Source of the DNA: a virus
Lineage: Duplodnaviria > Caudoviricetes
DNA length: 64,000 bases
Reading direction: 5' to 3' (one strand)
IMG/VR virus record: IMGVR_UViG_3300011008_000177
Coordinates: 2,230-66,229 of that record
This document shows, one piece after another, positions 29,876 through 42,129 of this stretch. Below the pieces are notes generated by a model, which did not search any database, was not told where the DNA came from, and saw nothing but the letters and a program-made list of their open reading frames with translations. How positions within the stretch are numbered: position 1 is the first letter of the stretch; each line of letters opens with the position of its first letter. The position numbers and the translations under genes were made by a program.

Positions 29876-31648
29876 ATGAATTATGAAAAATTTATTGATT
29901 TTTATAATTATATAATAAATAATAATATTTCATTACCATCCGGAAGTAATTCATTTTATAATATTGATAATGGTGTTATTAATCTATATGCAAATGATGA
30001 TAGTATTTATGATATATTTACAGATGAAGGAATCATTGATTCTGGTAATGGAGATTTGATAATAAATAATGATAAATTTAAATCATTAAATATTATTCAA
30101 GATACTAAATTTCTATTAAATAATACATTAATAATTGATAATGGAATTTTATACGTTCATGGTATTTTATCATTGAATGAAAATTCTACATTATCAATTA
30201 AAAATAATTCTACTGTTATTTTTTACCCAGATTCAAAATTAATAGTAAAAGATAATGTTAATTTAAATATTGAAAATTCAAATGTATCAATATATGGAAA
30301 AATTGATATACATTTATCAAACATATCTACATTGATTGATGACGAAAACATTTATATTGATTCAGCAACATTATTTGAAGTTGAAGGAATTAATACATCA
30401 AATAGAATATTTAGTTTAAGTGATTATGAAATATCATTACGTGAATTATATATTAATGAAAATACACAAGGTGAATTTGATAATGGTGATTTTCGATATC
30501 AATATATATGGAAAAATTCATATGGTGATAAAAATAAATTATTGGAATTATCATTGGATAGTGGAGAAGCTCCACTCGGAGATTTCAAATTCTCAGTATT
30601 GGGTATTCCTGAATCTTTAGCAGATAATAAACAAATGATATCAGAATTAAATATTGAAGAAAAAGGAATCTTATATATTTCTGATGAATTTAAAGAATCT
30701 ACTTATATCAGACCCAATCTATACATTGGAATAGAAATTGGGAATAATTTAACACCTGGAAATTGTAATATATATGGAAAATTAATATTATCTGGAAAAA
30801 ATTCATTTGTTACAATAGATAGACATGGTACTTTACATATTAAAGAAAATGCAACAATGATAATTGAAAATAATAGTAAATTAATATCTACAAATAATGA
30901 AAATAATCATGTATTATTTATTAATGGAATATTAATAATCGATCAATTGGAACAATTGGTTGGATTTAATAACGACAATATTGTATTTGGAGAAAATGGA
31001 AAATTAATAATATTAAATAAATATGACGATAGAAAAATTTTATTCTCAACACCAAATGGAATTAAAGAATCATATTTATATTCATTATTTGAAAATAGAT
31101 TGGATAAAATCGAATATCATATTAATGAAAATACTGGTATTAAGATTGATCAATTCTATGAATATTATGAAAGAGAATTTACTGAATGTTACAATGGAAT
31201 GAGATTTGAAAAAGCTATTAAAGAAGGATACATAATATTTGAAAATGGATTCATAGAATTAGATAGTAAAATAATTCCTTGGGTAACATTAAATTGTAAT
31301 TTATTTGACGCTGCTAAAATATTTAAAAATAATTCGACATCGGATCGAAAAGATAGATTACAACAAGTAGTAGATCATTTAAAATATGTAGGATGCGGAA
31401 ATATTGTTTTTAGATTTATCGATGAAAATGAATATAAAGAATATACTTTACACTTGGAACCAATTAAATTGAAAAATGTTATTAATAAACCATTACAATC
31501 AAATGAATATATAGTGAGTGTAAATAATGAAGGTCAACTATTTTTAAATAATAATATTGATGAAATATCAAATGAATCAATCATAAATGAAAATTCATTA
31601 AAATTTGATTTAGAAGAAGGAAATAATACTATCGAAATAAATGAATAA
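29876..31648 (+). CDS. Hypothetical beta-rich protein, possibly tail/baseplate-associated
   Basis: 590-aa ORF with AAGGTGA RBS; I/N/G-rich beta-strand-like repeats; convergent with the tail-fibre block. Confidence 0.4.
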   Translation: MNYEKFIDFYNYIINNNISLPSGSNSFYNIDNGVINLYANDDSIYDIFTDEGIIDSGNGDLIINNDKFKSLNIIQDTKFLLNNTLIIDNGILYVHGILSLNENSTLSIKNNSTVIFYPDSKLIVKDNVNLNIENSNVSIYGKIDIHLSNISTLIDDENIYIDSATLFEVEGINTSNRIFSLSDYEISLRELYINENTQGEFDNGDFRYQYIWKNSYGDKNKLLELSLDSGEAPLGDFKFSVLGIPESLADNKQMISELNIEEKGILYISDEFKESTYIRPNLYIGIEIGNNLTPGNCNIYGKLILSGKNSFVTIDRHGTLHIKENATMIIENNSKLISTNNENNHVLFINGILIIDQLEQLVGFNNDNIVFGENGKLIILNKYDDRKILFSTPNGIKESYLYSLFENRLDKIEYHINENTGIKIDQFYEYYEREFTECYNGMRFEKAIKEGYIIFENGFIELDSKIIPWVTLNCNLFDAAKIFKNNSTSDRKDRLQQVVDHLKYVGCGNIVFRFIDENEYKEYTLHLEPIKLKNVINKPLQSNEYIVSVNNEGQLFLNNNIDEISNESIINENSLKFDLEEGNNTIEINE

Positions 31649-31663
31649 AGGATGTTTTAATAT

Positions 31664-31858
31664 ATGGAAGATTATATAAAAGGATGTTTGATCGGATTGT
31701 TATATGTATTAATTGGATCATTATTGTTAAATGAAAATGTTTGTGTATTAACAGTAATTATTTTATTAGCATCAATATTTATTTTTTTGATACCATGTAA
31801 AAATAATAAATCATTATATTTATTATTTTTACAAAATATTATTGGATATGAATATTAA
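31664..31858 (+). CDS. Small membrane protein
   Basis: 64 aa with two hydrophobic stretches; AAGGA RBS. Confidence 0.5.
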   Translation: MEDYIKGCLIGLLYVLIGSLLLNENVCVLTVIILLASIFIFLIPCKNNKSLYLLFLQNIIGYEY

Positions 31859-31863
31859 TAATT

Positions 31864-31898
31864 ATTATAGGATGAGATTTAAAATCTCATCCTATAAT
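31864..31898. terminator. Long hairpin between convergent genes
   Basis: attataggatgagattt-a-aaatctcatcctataat, 17-bp stem. Confidence 0.72.
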
Positions 31899-31906
31899 AT
31901 ATTTTT

Positions 31907-32428
31907 TTATACAATAATAAAATTAAATACTAATCTCATTGGTTCATAATTTAATGATTTCACAATAACATCACATCTCAAAAATTGTTCATCTACTTGA
32001 AAATTATAATCTTCTTCACCCGTGATCATTAATGAATCATCGGAATCGATACTTACATTAAGTTCTGAATTACCACTATATTTCTTTTCATACAATGCTA
32101 ATGAAAATTCAACATTTTCTGGAAATGGTTTATCACCCAAAACTTCTTTTGTGAAAATATCTTCAATTCTGATTGGCATTTTAATATATATTGTACCACT
32201 AATATTAAATTCTTTTGGTAATTCAACATCGATTGGATTTATATTAATAGCTCCCAATAAATATTCTTTCTCTTCTTCTTTTGGAGATGGATTATTCGGT
32301 TCAATTATTTTTTCCCCATTGATATATTTTTTAACATCTTCACTAATATTTTCAGGAACTTCTTCCAACTTCATAACTTTTTTTAATATTAATGATGCAT
32401 AATAATGGATTAATGCAATATTTTTCAT
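31907..32428 (-). CDS. Putative tail-fibre chaperone (CD1375/XkdX-like N-terminus) with C-terminal beta domain
   Basis: N-terminal YYASLILKKVMKLEEVPENISEDVKKYI resembles the Y..LI.....TIE.VP..LR..V motif of clostridial fibre chaperones; lies directly downstream of the fibre gene. Confidence 0.45.
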   Translation of the reverse strand: MKNIALIHYYASLILKKVMKLEEVPENISEDVKKYINGEKIIEPNNPSPKEEEKEYLLGAININPIDVELPKEFNISGTIYIKMPIRIEDIFTKEVLGDKPFPENVEFSLALYEKKYSGNSELNVSIDSDDSLMITGEEDYNFQVDEQFLRCDVIVKSLNYEPMRLVFNFIIV

Positions 32429-32436
32429 GATTAACT

Positions 32437-35400
32437 TTACCCCCTAATAGTAAATGATTCTGGAATATCTTTACTTGTAATTATACATTCATTATAGTAT
32501 TCTTGATCATTATCCAGTTTTGTAAATACCGTATAACTTGCTGTTTCATCAACTCTAATATTTGGTAAATTAAACGTACTTTCTGTTTTGTAAATTATTC
32601 CATCAGATGATGAATTATTTGTATATATCAAATTACCATTATCATCAATATCAAATGAAATATTATCATCACTGGATGTTATTATTAATTCATCATTAAC
32701 TAATGAGAATGATAAATTATCCTGGATGTTATTATTAATTCATCATTAACTAATGAGAATGATAAATTATCATTGTTTGATGTTATTAATAATTCTCCAT
32801 TTTCATTTATGGTCATATAAATATCCATTTCATTATCAATGCCGTCAACAGATTCTACAGTATTACCACTATCATCAATCATGGAAATAATTGATAGATT
32901 ATGAGGTTTTTCTAATAATTGAATATGAGAAGCATCCACGTCACCCGTATTGATTAAATGAATCTTATACTTAAGAATTTTATCAGTATGAGTATTATCA
33001 TTAGATTCATTATTATTGGATGAATTATCATTTACTAGCAAATTACCATTATCATCAATATCAAATGAAATATTATCATCACTGGATGTTATTATTAATT
33101 CATCATTAACTAATGAGAATGATAAATTATCATTATTTGATGTTATTAATAATTCTCCATTTTCATTTATATTAATTTTAACATCGTTATATTCATCATC
33201 AGTATCTGATGAAGTATTATCATCATATGAAGATTCTAATTCTTTATATGAGGTTGATAAATCAGCAAATCCATTAGAAGGTAATTTTACAGATTCAATA
33301 TTGTCACCATTAATCATTATAAAATTTTTGAAATATTCTGGATCAATAATTCTACATTCAACTTCATATATTTCTGATGATATTGGATCAATGTTTCCAA
33401 TATTGTATACTTTTTCATTTTCAGGAGTAATTTCAATTCCTTCTGAAGATTTGAAACTAATAATTTCCAATCCACGAGGATTTTCAACAATTTCTACATT
33501 ATTAGCAGTTCCTGATCCTGTATTATTAATTGAAATAATATATTTTACTATATCATCAATATTATATTCTTCTTTAATACTATCATTAGATAATGTTTTC
33601 GTTGATTTACTAAGATCGGGTGAAGTATTCATATCTCCAGTAATTATTGTAATATCAGGTATATCATTAGCATGAATTACTGTGATATTTCCTATTGCTG
33701 GAAGTGATATAACTTCACAATCTACAAGTAATGTTACAACTTCATCTACTTTAATATCACCCAATGGGAATTTATTTGTTTCTCTATTCAACATGATCAA
33801 CATATCATCATTTGTACGTAAAACTGATGTTATGTTTAAGCCAATTAATTGTTGAGAAATAAATACATCTTCCGCTGGGCCATCACCTGTATTTGCAATA
33901 ATTATTTTATATCTAATATTATCACCAATACTAATATTATCTAACGATGATTCTAAATTAACTAATGAACTTGCTAAGAAAGGTAAACCATTATTAATTT
34001 CAACTTCTACCAAATTAGGATCTGGATCCAATGATTCAATATATGGATTCTCCAATATCCAATTATTACCATCAAAAATAAATACATGATTATGGTTTGC
34101 ATGTAATGATTGTTTGTTAATATTTTTTCTTGCATATATAATTGGAAATTCTCCACTATCATCAACATTTAATTTTGTTATATCGGAAGATTTATCACTA
34201 TTTTCAAAATTGATTGCGACCATAGTTCCTCTTTGTAAATTAAATTTCAATCCATATTTTTGCATCACATCTGATGATAGATATGCATATTTAGTACTTC
34301 TACTTCCAAGTGTTGTTGTCCAACCTAAGAATGGACCTTTGTCGTTATTTCTAACCCAATCTGTAGTTGCAAAATTATCATTAGTTATTCCATCAGGTAA
34401 TTCTTCTTTACTAACACCAGAAGGATTTTGAATAACCCAATTATTACCATCGAAAATAAATATATATGAATGATCAGCTCTAATCATTCCTTTTGATAAT
34501 TCTTTATTTCCAAATAATACATTAATAGCTCCTGTATTTTGTACATTTAATTGAATTGATCCAGTATTATCATATTTAAATGTAACACAAATGGATGATC
34601 CTTTTTGTGGAGTAAAATAAACATCATTTGTATATGTTGATGATAACACAACTCTTTTTTCATTTATTGATTCTTTTGTATTACATACTCCAAATATTAA
34701 TCCTGCTCCATTTTGTCTAACCCATTCAGTTGTTGCAATCCAATCACTATTATCATCATTTGGTGGAGTAGTTGATCTTGGTTCGCCTGTTAATCTATAT
34801 TGGTTTCTAGCAGTATCCGGAAAATGTAATGGAGCTCTGCTAACATCAGTAGGATGTCTGTGGTCTGACATTGCATAATATCCATCATCTGTTCCTTTAA
34901 ATATAATTCCATCCATTAATGGATCAATATTAGAAGCTCTAGCATGTCCGAATAAATCAACATTAGCCCTTCCATAAATACTTCCAGATGAATTAGCATG
35001 ATATTTATCAGCTTTATTTTCATTCAACCATCTACCCATATTAGCTGATAATGGATTTATAGGAGATATTGAATCTAAAGTATCAATAACTTCATATGTG
35101 TTTAAATCCATTATTAATTGAATGATTTCATCTCTATCTGCTTTTCTATTATTTAAAATTCTTCCCATATTGGCTGATAATGCTCGATCAGTCTGGAATG
35201 AAATTAAATTATCAATTACATTATTTTTAACAAATTCCGTAGTAGCTAATCTAGTAGATTTATCAGTTTCAACTGGTGTGTTTACTGTAGGTTCACCTGG
35301 TAAATTAATAGAATCCGATAGTTCTCTTTCTGTAATACTCCCAGGAATAATTTTTGTTATAATCACACCATCAGATTTTACTTCAACATCAACGTTTTCA

Positions 35401-37379
35401 CTTTTTCCACCAGTATATTCAGAAACGAGATTTTGAATATCCATTCTATTCTCAGTTCCATCTGGCATCGTTATAACTAATTCTTTATTATCACTATCAT
35501 ATGTTAATGTTTCCAATGTTTGCACTATTGGTATTCTAATTGTTAACTCAGATCCATCTCTATAATATAATGATAATGTACATGTTGAAGCATCCCATAA
35601 AGCATTAGCAATAAAATTATTATTTCCAATATCTTGTGTAATATTAGAAAGTCTCTCATTAATCAAATCCAATTCATTTTGAGTAGCTGTTGAAATTGGT
35701 TTATTAATATCAGATGTATTATCAACATTACCAAGATCAATTTGTTCTTTTGTAACAAGATGAGGATTATCAAAATTATTAATATGATCTAAATATGTAT
35801 CATTGGATACAGCACCAATTTGAGCAGCTGTAATTCTATGTGGATTTTCAAAATCAGATATATGTGCTTCTAATTCATGATTTACATTATCAGATGAAAA
35901 TTCTACTTGACTCATTGAGCGTTCAATATCATCTAATCTATTATTGGTTGCTTCAAATTCTTTTGTTATGTATAATTGAGTAACGGTGCCGTCTATATTT
36001 TCTCCTAATTCATTATACAGAATTGGAGCATTTTCAATATCTTCATAACTAATATTTCCATAAGGAATTTGATTTCCTTTATTAATCCATTCATTAATAA
36101 TTTCATCAAATGATTTCCAAGCTGTTTCATAATCAAAATCATCTGTTTTCATTAATATTGATCCAGCTTCTCCACCAGTTGGTACACCTATGCCTGGTTT
36201 ACCGTCGAAATAGTCTACTCCTTTGATTGGAGTATATCCAGCAGGACCTTGTAAATTTACAGGAGCAGGTGGTGTAGTATCAGAAGTTAATTCAAAACCT
36301 AATTCCTTATCGGAAGACCAAACTGGTCTGAAGAAAAATGTTGATCCACCTGGAACAGATGTACCACTTTCACTATTTCCTGAATCAGCAAATATTGATT
36401 TAAATTTTCCTGATATCCAAACACACATTGTTGTATCTGGATATCTGATAACAAGATCACCAATTTCCATTGATTGTAAACCAATCAATTGCCATGTATT
36501 ACCAGGTTTCTTAATATAAATTTGACAGTCTTGTGTTTCATTTACAGCATAATCTGTATTAGGTTTTAAAGCAAAATAAATTTGCGATACATCTGGTACT
36601 TCTGGTAAAGATTCTCCATATGGTAATATGTAGTTAGGATTCCATAAATCAGCATCATAATCCACTAATGTTGCTGTATTATATCTTTCATCATATTTGA
36701 TACTCTTATAATTAAAAAATGATGATCTTATGTTGATAAACATATCATCAATTTCATTACGAGTATATGTACCAGTTTGATGAGCTGTTACATTATGAGG
36801 ATTATTTAAATCAGCCAAGTGATCTTCAAGATCATCTTGACTTGCTTTAGAATTCCAAATTTCTTTTTCATCACTAGTAACATGAATATTATCATTATTA
36901 ATGTGAGTCTCGATATCAGGTAAATCATCAATTGTATTCCACTTTTCACGTTCTTGTTGTGTTACATGGCTTTCAGTATTATTTATATGATCTTGATATT
37001 CTTTATAGTTTACTTTTGTTTCCCCAAATAATCCAATAGCTTTTTCAGTGGGAATTTTAAAATGAGATAATGTGGCAACATCAGAACTAATTGATTTTGA
37101 TACTTCGAGATCACCAATTTGTCCTTCTTGACCAGTATATGTCATTAATCTTCCACTAATTCCAGCTGCAACTTTAGGTTGCTTGTCTTCTATAAGTGTA
37201 TAAATTGATTTAAGTTCATCAGTTAATGTTGTTGAACTTTCATCAAAATCTTTCCTAATTGCATCATAAATCGTTTGGGGATAAATATTAATAAAGTCAC
37301 CAGCTGGGATAGGTGTATCTTCTTCTGTACTTTTCCAACTCCTAAGTTGTTGAATTACATTAGATAGTAAGTTTCCCAT
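32437..37379 (-). CDS. Long tail fibre/adhesin with DUF11-like domains; C-terminal tip frameshifted by a 50-nt duplication
   Basis: HINNxxxHVT/NPHxVT fibre repeats, LGNVDNTSDINKPIS, ALSANMGR x2, two GVCNT/GWTT..LNV..G fibre modules, three Y.I.I.NTG..A DUF11-like modules. Track ORFs 32700-37379 and 32437-32631 join in frame (1630 aa) if one duplicate copy is removed. Confidence 0.75.
32629..33170. repeat. Near-identical 132-nt direct repeat pair (33039-33170 and 32629-32810, the latter with an extra 50-nt copy)
   Basis: Direct comparison shows one synonymous mismatch (cattatttga vs cattgtttga). Confidence 0.9.
32672..32771. repeat. Perfect 50-nt tandem duplication
   Basis: ctggatgttattattaattcatcattaactaatgagaatgataaattatc at 32672-32721 and 32722-32771. 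Confidence 0.95.
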
Positions 37380-37438
37380 AGCAATTAGTTCACCTCTTTA
37401 CTTTAAAATAATCTTTGAAAATTTTATTAGGAGGTTGT

Positions 37439-39304
37439 ATGAAAATGCCAGATGAAAGTACAACAACAACCAGTGAAAATTCCGGTAATTCTGGAGGATC
37501 TACTACTAAAGCTGCAGATTTAAAGAAAGGAAGTTCGCAACAAGAAAGCAGTGGCGGGGAAGGAAATGCTGAACAATACATAGGATATTTTGTGGACAAA
37601 GCAGCTGAAAAAATATCAGAAAGTAGTGGGGGAAATTCAATTGTAAGCACAATAGTATCATTATTAAAAAATTTACTTTTTGGAGATAGTCTACCTAGTT
37701 TAACTGGAGGAGGTTCTGGGATAGGAAATACTCTTACAGATAAAATTCTTCCTGGAGTAAATATTGATAATCCATTTACTAAAAGAACAACTGCATCAGA
37801 AAATTGGAGTTTTAACAATGCTGAACCAGTTCCAGAATATCATAATGTTTACAAAGTTAAATATGTTGAGCCTGAATTTAAAGCAGTAATTGAAACTGAT
37901 GAATTTAAAAAAGATATTTATAATCAAAATACAAAAGTAATTCAGAATAAATATTTATTTCCAAGAGAAGCTACTAGTGAAAAAGTTATGAAAGATGATA
38001 AACTTAAAAAATATGATTATCAAATTCTTGTAGGAGATCCTAATTTAGAATTAAGCAAATCATTAGAAGACAAATTACAAGAATTCAGAGCATCTGTTGG
38101 ATTAACTGTTCATGGTAGTAATAGAATTGCACGAGCCATGAAATATTATATGTATAATAGATATAAAGTTCCAGATACAAATTTAGCTCATGTTAAAACA
38201 TTTACTCATGTATTTTTTACAAGACCGGATTTAAATTTATTGGAAAAACATGGTAATTCTTTTTCTGCTAATAAACAAATAAGAGAGCATAGTGATGCTT
38301 CATTGTACTGGAGAAAATATCCTGATTTGTTTAAACTGTTAACAGAATCAGATCGATGTGGAGATACATCTAATTTGAATCTATTATTATCAAATCAAAT
38401 ATATTCATTTGAACCAAAAGAATCTGAATTACAAACTGAGAATGTTGGTAAAAACTGGAATGATTATTCAATACTTTACGGAAATGCTTATACTAATAAA
38501 ACAGGAAATGATTTCTCATGTGAATTTATTGATACAGCAAATTTGGAAATTATGCATCTATTAAAATTGTGGATGTTGTATATTGATAATGTTTCAAGAG
38601 GGGCTTGGAAGCCATCATATGATTTGCCATCGGGTGAATGTGGAAAATGTTCTGTTAGAATGACAGATAGTCATGTATACCAAAGAACTTTGGATTATGC
38701 TGCAAGTGCATATATGTTTAAAGTTGGACCAGATGGAGAAGATATTTTATACTGGACAAAATACTATGGAGTATTTCCACTAAATGATGGATCTGATGTA
38801 TTACGATGGACCAATAGTCCAGAAAGTGCTTCAACAGTTCCAAAATTAAATATTAAATTTGCATATTCGTTTAAACGAGATATGAGTCCGCTATCAATTG
38901 TGGAATTTAATAATAATTCTGGAATTTTAAAAATAGGAACGGAAGATACAATTGAATCATATAGTCATGAATATAATGAGAGTACTCGTCCTTTTGTTGG
39001 TATTCCATATGTAGATGTTAGTCTGGGTAGTCCAATCTTAAATAATGACGATGTATCAAATGGTCAAGATACTCATTTACGTTTAAAATTTGTTAAAGAT
39101 AAAAAAAGAGATGATGAAATGTTATATCGTCCGATACCAACTTATATTGGAAATGGAGCAGCTAATTCTAAAAATAATTCTAATGGTATCGATAAATTGA
39201 AAGATCAAGTTGCAAATAAAGCTAGTGAATTACTTAAACCTTTTAGCCAGAAAATAATTTCAACAAATAGTACAGGAATAACTCCAGGATTTTCAATAGG
39301 ATAA
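37439..39304 (+). CDS. Baseplate hub / tail-tube-like structural protein
   Basis: ATG 37439 after GGAGG (track start 37415). HVFFTRPDLNL and YWTKYYGVFPL motifs seen in jumbo-phage tube-fold baseplate proteins; upstream of the wedge gene. Confidence 0.55.
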   Translation: MKMPDESTTTTSENSGNSGGSTTKAADLKKGSSQQESSGGEGNAEQYIGYFVDKAAEKISESSGGNSIVSTIVSLLKNLLFGDSLPSLTGGGSGIGNTLTDKILPGVNIDNPFTKRTTASENWSFNNAEPVPEYHNVYKVKYVEPEFKAVIETDEFKKDIYNQNTKVIQNKYLFPREATSEKVMKDDKLKKYDYQILVGDPNLELSKSLEDKLQEFRASVGLTVHGSNRIARAMKYYMYNRYKVPDTNLAHVKTFTHVFFTRPDLNLLEKHGNSFSANKQIREHSDASLYWRKYPDLFKLLTESDRCGDTSNLNLLLSNQIYSFEPKESELQTENVGKNWNDYSILYGNAYTNKTGNDFSCEFIDTANLEIMHLLKLWMLYIDNVSRGAWKPSYDLPSGECGKCSVRMTDSHVYQRTLDYAASAYMFKVGPDGEDILYWTKYYGVFPLNDGSDVLRWTNSPESASTVPKLNIKFAYSFKRDMSPLSIVEFNNNSGILKIGTEDTIESYSHEYNESTRPFVGIPYVDVSLGSPILNNDDVSNGQDTHLRLKFVKDKKRDDEMLYRPIPTYIGNGAANSKNNSNGIDKLKDQVANKASELLKPFSQKIISTNSTGITPGFSIG

Positions 39305-39331
39305 AATAATTAAGGAAGTGAATGATAAATT

Positions 39332-42082
39332 ATGTTAGAAACTGTAGGAAAGAATGATACTTATGTCAGAAATTATACAAGTATTTTTGATGTTAAAGAA
39401 TTCATACAAAATGTTTTGATACCTAAAGCATTTCCATCAATTGAAGCAAATAAATTAAATCTAGGATTCACAGGTATTGTATCTGAATATATTGGAGATG
39501 CTATTGAAGATTCAACATCTGCAGCTGCATTAATGTTAAATGAATCTTTTATTACCAAAGCAACTATCCCATCATCAATTTATGCACATGGAGCTATATT
39601 TAATAAATCATATTCATATGCAGTTCCATCATCATGTACATTTGCATTACAAATTTATATTGATGATATTTTAGAATATTCTGAAATTACAAATAATGCT
39701 AGTATTTATAGATATAAAATAGATAAAGATACAAAAATTACATTGGGTAAAAATATTTATAAATTTGATTATGATATATTCATTGATCATGAGATGAGAA
39801 ATGGTCATAGAATTTATAAAGTTTATTACAATACTGATGATGAAATAAATTCAATATCTGATCTAGATAGTAAATATATCAACTATCAGGTTTCTGGGGA
39901 TAGTTGGTTAATTTTATTTGTGACTGTAAAAGAATTTGATAGAAAAATCATAACTAAAAAAATTACTGATAATAAAGTTACAACAAATAGTGATATTGAA
40001 TTATCATGGACTAATCAAATATGTGGTATGGATGTTGTATATATTTCTCCAAAAGGTAATAGACAACAAATTGATTTAAAACAGATTTATACAAATCCTA
40101 GTATAGATCCATTTGTTTGGTATTTTTTTACTGATGATAATAAAATGTCATTAACATTTAATTCCGATGAAGGATATTGGACTCCTGAATTTAATAGTAG
40201 TATTGAAGCTACTATTTACACATGTAATGGAAGCGTTAGTAATTTTACAGAATATACTAGAAATACTAGTGTTCCAGTAACAAGAACAGGTGAAAGATTT
40301 AATTATAACTCTAAAACAAAAATGGTTGCGTTGTGTTGGTCTGCATCGACAGGTGGACAAAATAGAGGAAATATTGAGAATCTTAGAAATGATATTATAT
40401 TAGCATACAATAGTGCAAATGCATTAACAACTGAACATGATTTGGAATTGTGGTTTAATGATTATGCAAAAAAATCAGGTGTAAGAAATAAATTCTTCAA
40501 ACGAAGAGATGATCCAAGTGGAAAATTATTTTCACAATTTATTTCCATTAGTAAAGATACAGAAATATTTTCTACAAATACATTATCAATCAAAGTTGAT
40601 CAAAATGATTTTGATTTTGTAAATTATGATAATGATGGATCAGCAAATGAATTTATTTTAAAGGCTGGACATATTTGGGAATATGACAATGATAGTAGAA
40701 CTACATTGAAATTAGTAAATAATGGCAGTGGTAATGCTATGATATATGATGAGGTAATTCCAGAAATTACTGAAGATAGACCATTTATGTTTGTCAATCC
40801 ATTCAGTATTAAAATATTTAAATCTCCAGCAATAGTTATGAATTATAATTATTTAATTAATGAAATTTCATGGCCTGAAAATATGTTAATCAAAACAAAT
40901 TCATTTTACAATTTCCAAATTTCATCAATAAATATTACCAGAACATTGTCACATACGACAAATAACAAATATCATATTGAATGTATTTGTATTCCGTCAA
41001 TAGCTATTAATTCAGCATTTAATTATATTGAAGGAATTGGATCAGATTATCCAGCAAATAAAAATAATTTACGTGTTATATTAATATTGACTAACATATT
41101 AGATGGAGATTCTGGTTATATTGAAATGAGTCCAACTGAAGAATTAGATACTGGGGCTTTTAAATTTGAAACAGATATTTCTGTAAAAGATAATCTTCAA
41201 TCAAATATGATTGAAATTGATTTGGAAAATTCACCAAATGTTACATCATTAACCTATAATGGTGACAGGGCTGAAAGAGTATTCATTGATTCAACAGAAA
41301 CTTTATTTAATATTATGACAATAATTAAAGATTTTGATAATACTGATACAGCTATGATATTCAATGATCCCCAATTCAAAGGTTACATTCCTACAGATAG
41401 ATATAGAAATAAAAATAGGGAGTTAAATTTATATAAACCATTAAGCATGATGAGATCAGTATTAACATTTACAGGAGATAAAAATTCTGGGTACACGATA
41501 GAAGCTTCACTAATTCCATTTGTTAAATATGATTTACCTCTTGATGATGAATCAATGGAATATTTTATTCAATCATTCAATGATCAATATAAAGCAATGG
41601 AACCAGTTTTATCACAATTGGAAGGAAATAGTTTCTTAGATTTTAAATTATATAATACATATGGAAGATCCAATAATTATTATGTAGGACCATCTGAAGA
41701 TGGAATACTTGCAAATTCAGATTTGGTATTGGATGATGTTTATGTAAAAATGAAATTTAAGATATCTGTAAAGGATAGAAGTTTTTATTCCCAAACTGTT
41801 GATGAAGTAATTAATGAAATAGAAGATTACTTTAATCAATTAAATGAGTTGAATAACAATTTAGATATTCATATGTCCAATTTAATTAGAACATTAGAAC
41901 AAAACGTTCCCAATATTAGATATATTAGATTTTTAGGATTTAATAATTATGATAGTTCTAAACAATCAATCTTTATTAAATTTAAAGATATTTCTGAATT
42001 ACAACAAGAAAAACTAATTCCATATGTTCCAGAAATATTAAGAGTTGATAAAAATTCTATTGAAATTATTGAAGAAATATAA
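39332..42082 (+). CDS. Baseplate wedge subunit (T4 gp6-like)
   Basis: LNLGFTGIVSEY, MLNESFITKATIPSSIYAHGA, LAYNSANALTTEHDL, and C-terminal IHMSNLIRTLEQNVPNIRYIRF. Confidence 0.72.
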   Translation: MLETVGKNDTYVRNYTSIFDVKEFIQNVLIPKAFPSIEANKLNLGFTGIVSEYIGDAIEDSTSAAALMLNESFITKATIPSSIYAHGAIFNKSYSYAVPSSCTFALQIYIDDILEYSEITNNASIYRYKIDKDTKITLGKNIYKFDYDIFIDHEMRNGHRIYKVYYNTDDEINSISDLDSKYINYQVSGDSWLILFVTVKEFDRKIITKKITDNKVTTNSDIELSWTNQICGMDVVYISPKGNRQQIDLKQIYTNPSIDPFVWYFFTDDNKMSLTFNSDEGYWTPEFNSSIEATIYTCNGSVSNFTEYTRNTSVPVTRTGERFNYNSKTKMVALCWSASTGGQNRGNIENLRNDIILAYNSANALTTEHDLELWFNDYAKKSGVRNKFFKRRDDPSGKLFSQFISISKDTEIFSTNTLSIKVDQNDFDFVNYDNDGSANEFILKAGHIWEYDNDSRTTLKLVNNGSGNAMIYDEVIPEITEDRPFMFVNPFSIKIFKSPAIVMNYNYLINEISWPENMLIKTNSFYNFQISSINITRTLSHTTNNKYHIECICIPSIAINSAFNYIEGIGSDYPANKNNLRVILILTNILDGDSGYIEMSPTEELDTGAFKFETDISVKDNLQSNMIEIDLENSPNVTSLTYNGDRAERVFIDSTETLFNIMTIIKDFDNTDTAMIFNDPQFKGYIPTDRYRNKNRELNLYKPLSMMRSVLTFTGDKNSGYTIEASLIPFVKYDLPLDDESMEYFIQSFNDQYKAMEPVLSQLEGNSFLDFKLYNTYGRSNNYYVGPSEDGILANSDLVLDDVYVKMKFKISVKDRSFYSQTVDEVINEIEDYFNQLNELNNNLDIHMSNLIRTLEQNVPNIRYIRFLGFNNYDSSKQSIFIKFKDISELQQEKLIPYVPEILRVDKNSIEIIEEI

Positions 42083-42129
42083 AATATAAATTATGGCAGT
42101 CTTAATATAGACTGCCATAATTTATATTT
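42082..42129. terminator. Long hairpin between convergent genes
   Basis: aaatataaattatggcagtct...agactgccataatttatattt, 21-bp stem. Confidence 0.72.

Noticed and set aside
32629-33170. 132-nt repeat pair in a fibre tip as a DGR template/variable repeat
   Set aside because: Only one synonymous, non-adenine-specific mismatch on the coding strand; both copies are inside the ORF, and no reverse transcriptase is in the window.
32800-34000. Archaeal (methanogen) host inferred from DUF11 domains
   Set aside because: DUF11 also occurs in Firmicutes, and the other features (bacterial-type DnaB, GroEL-type chaperonin, clostridial-type fibre chaperone) favour a bacterial host.
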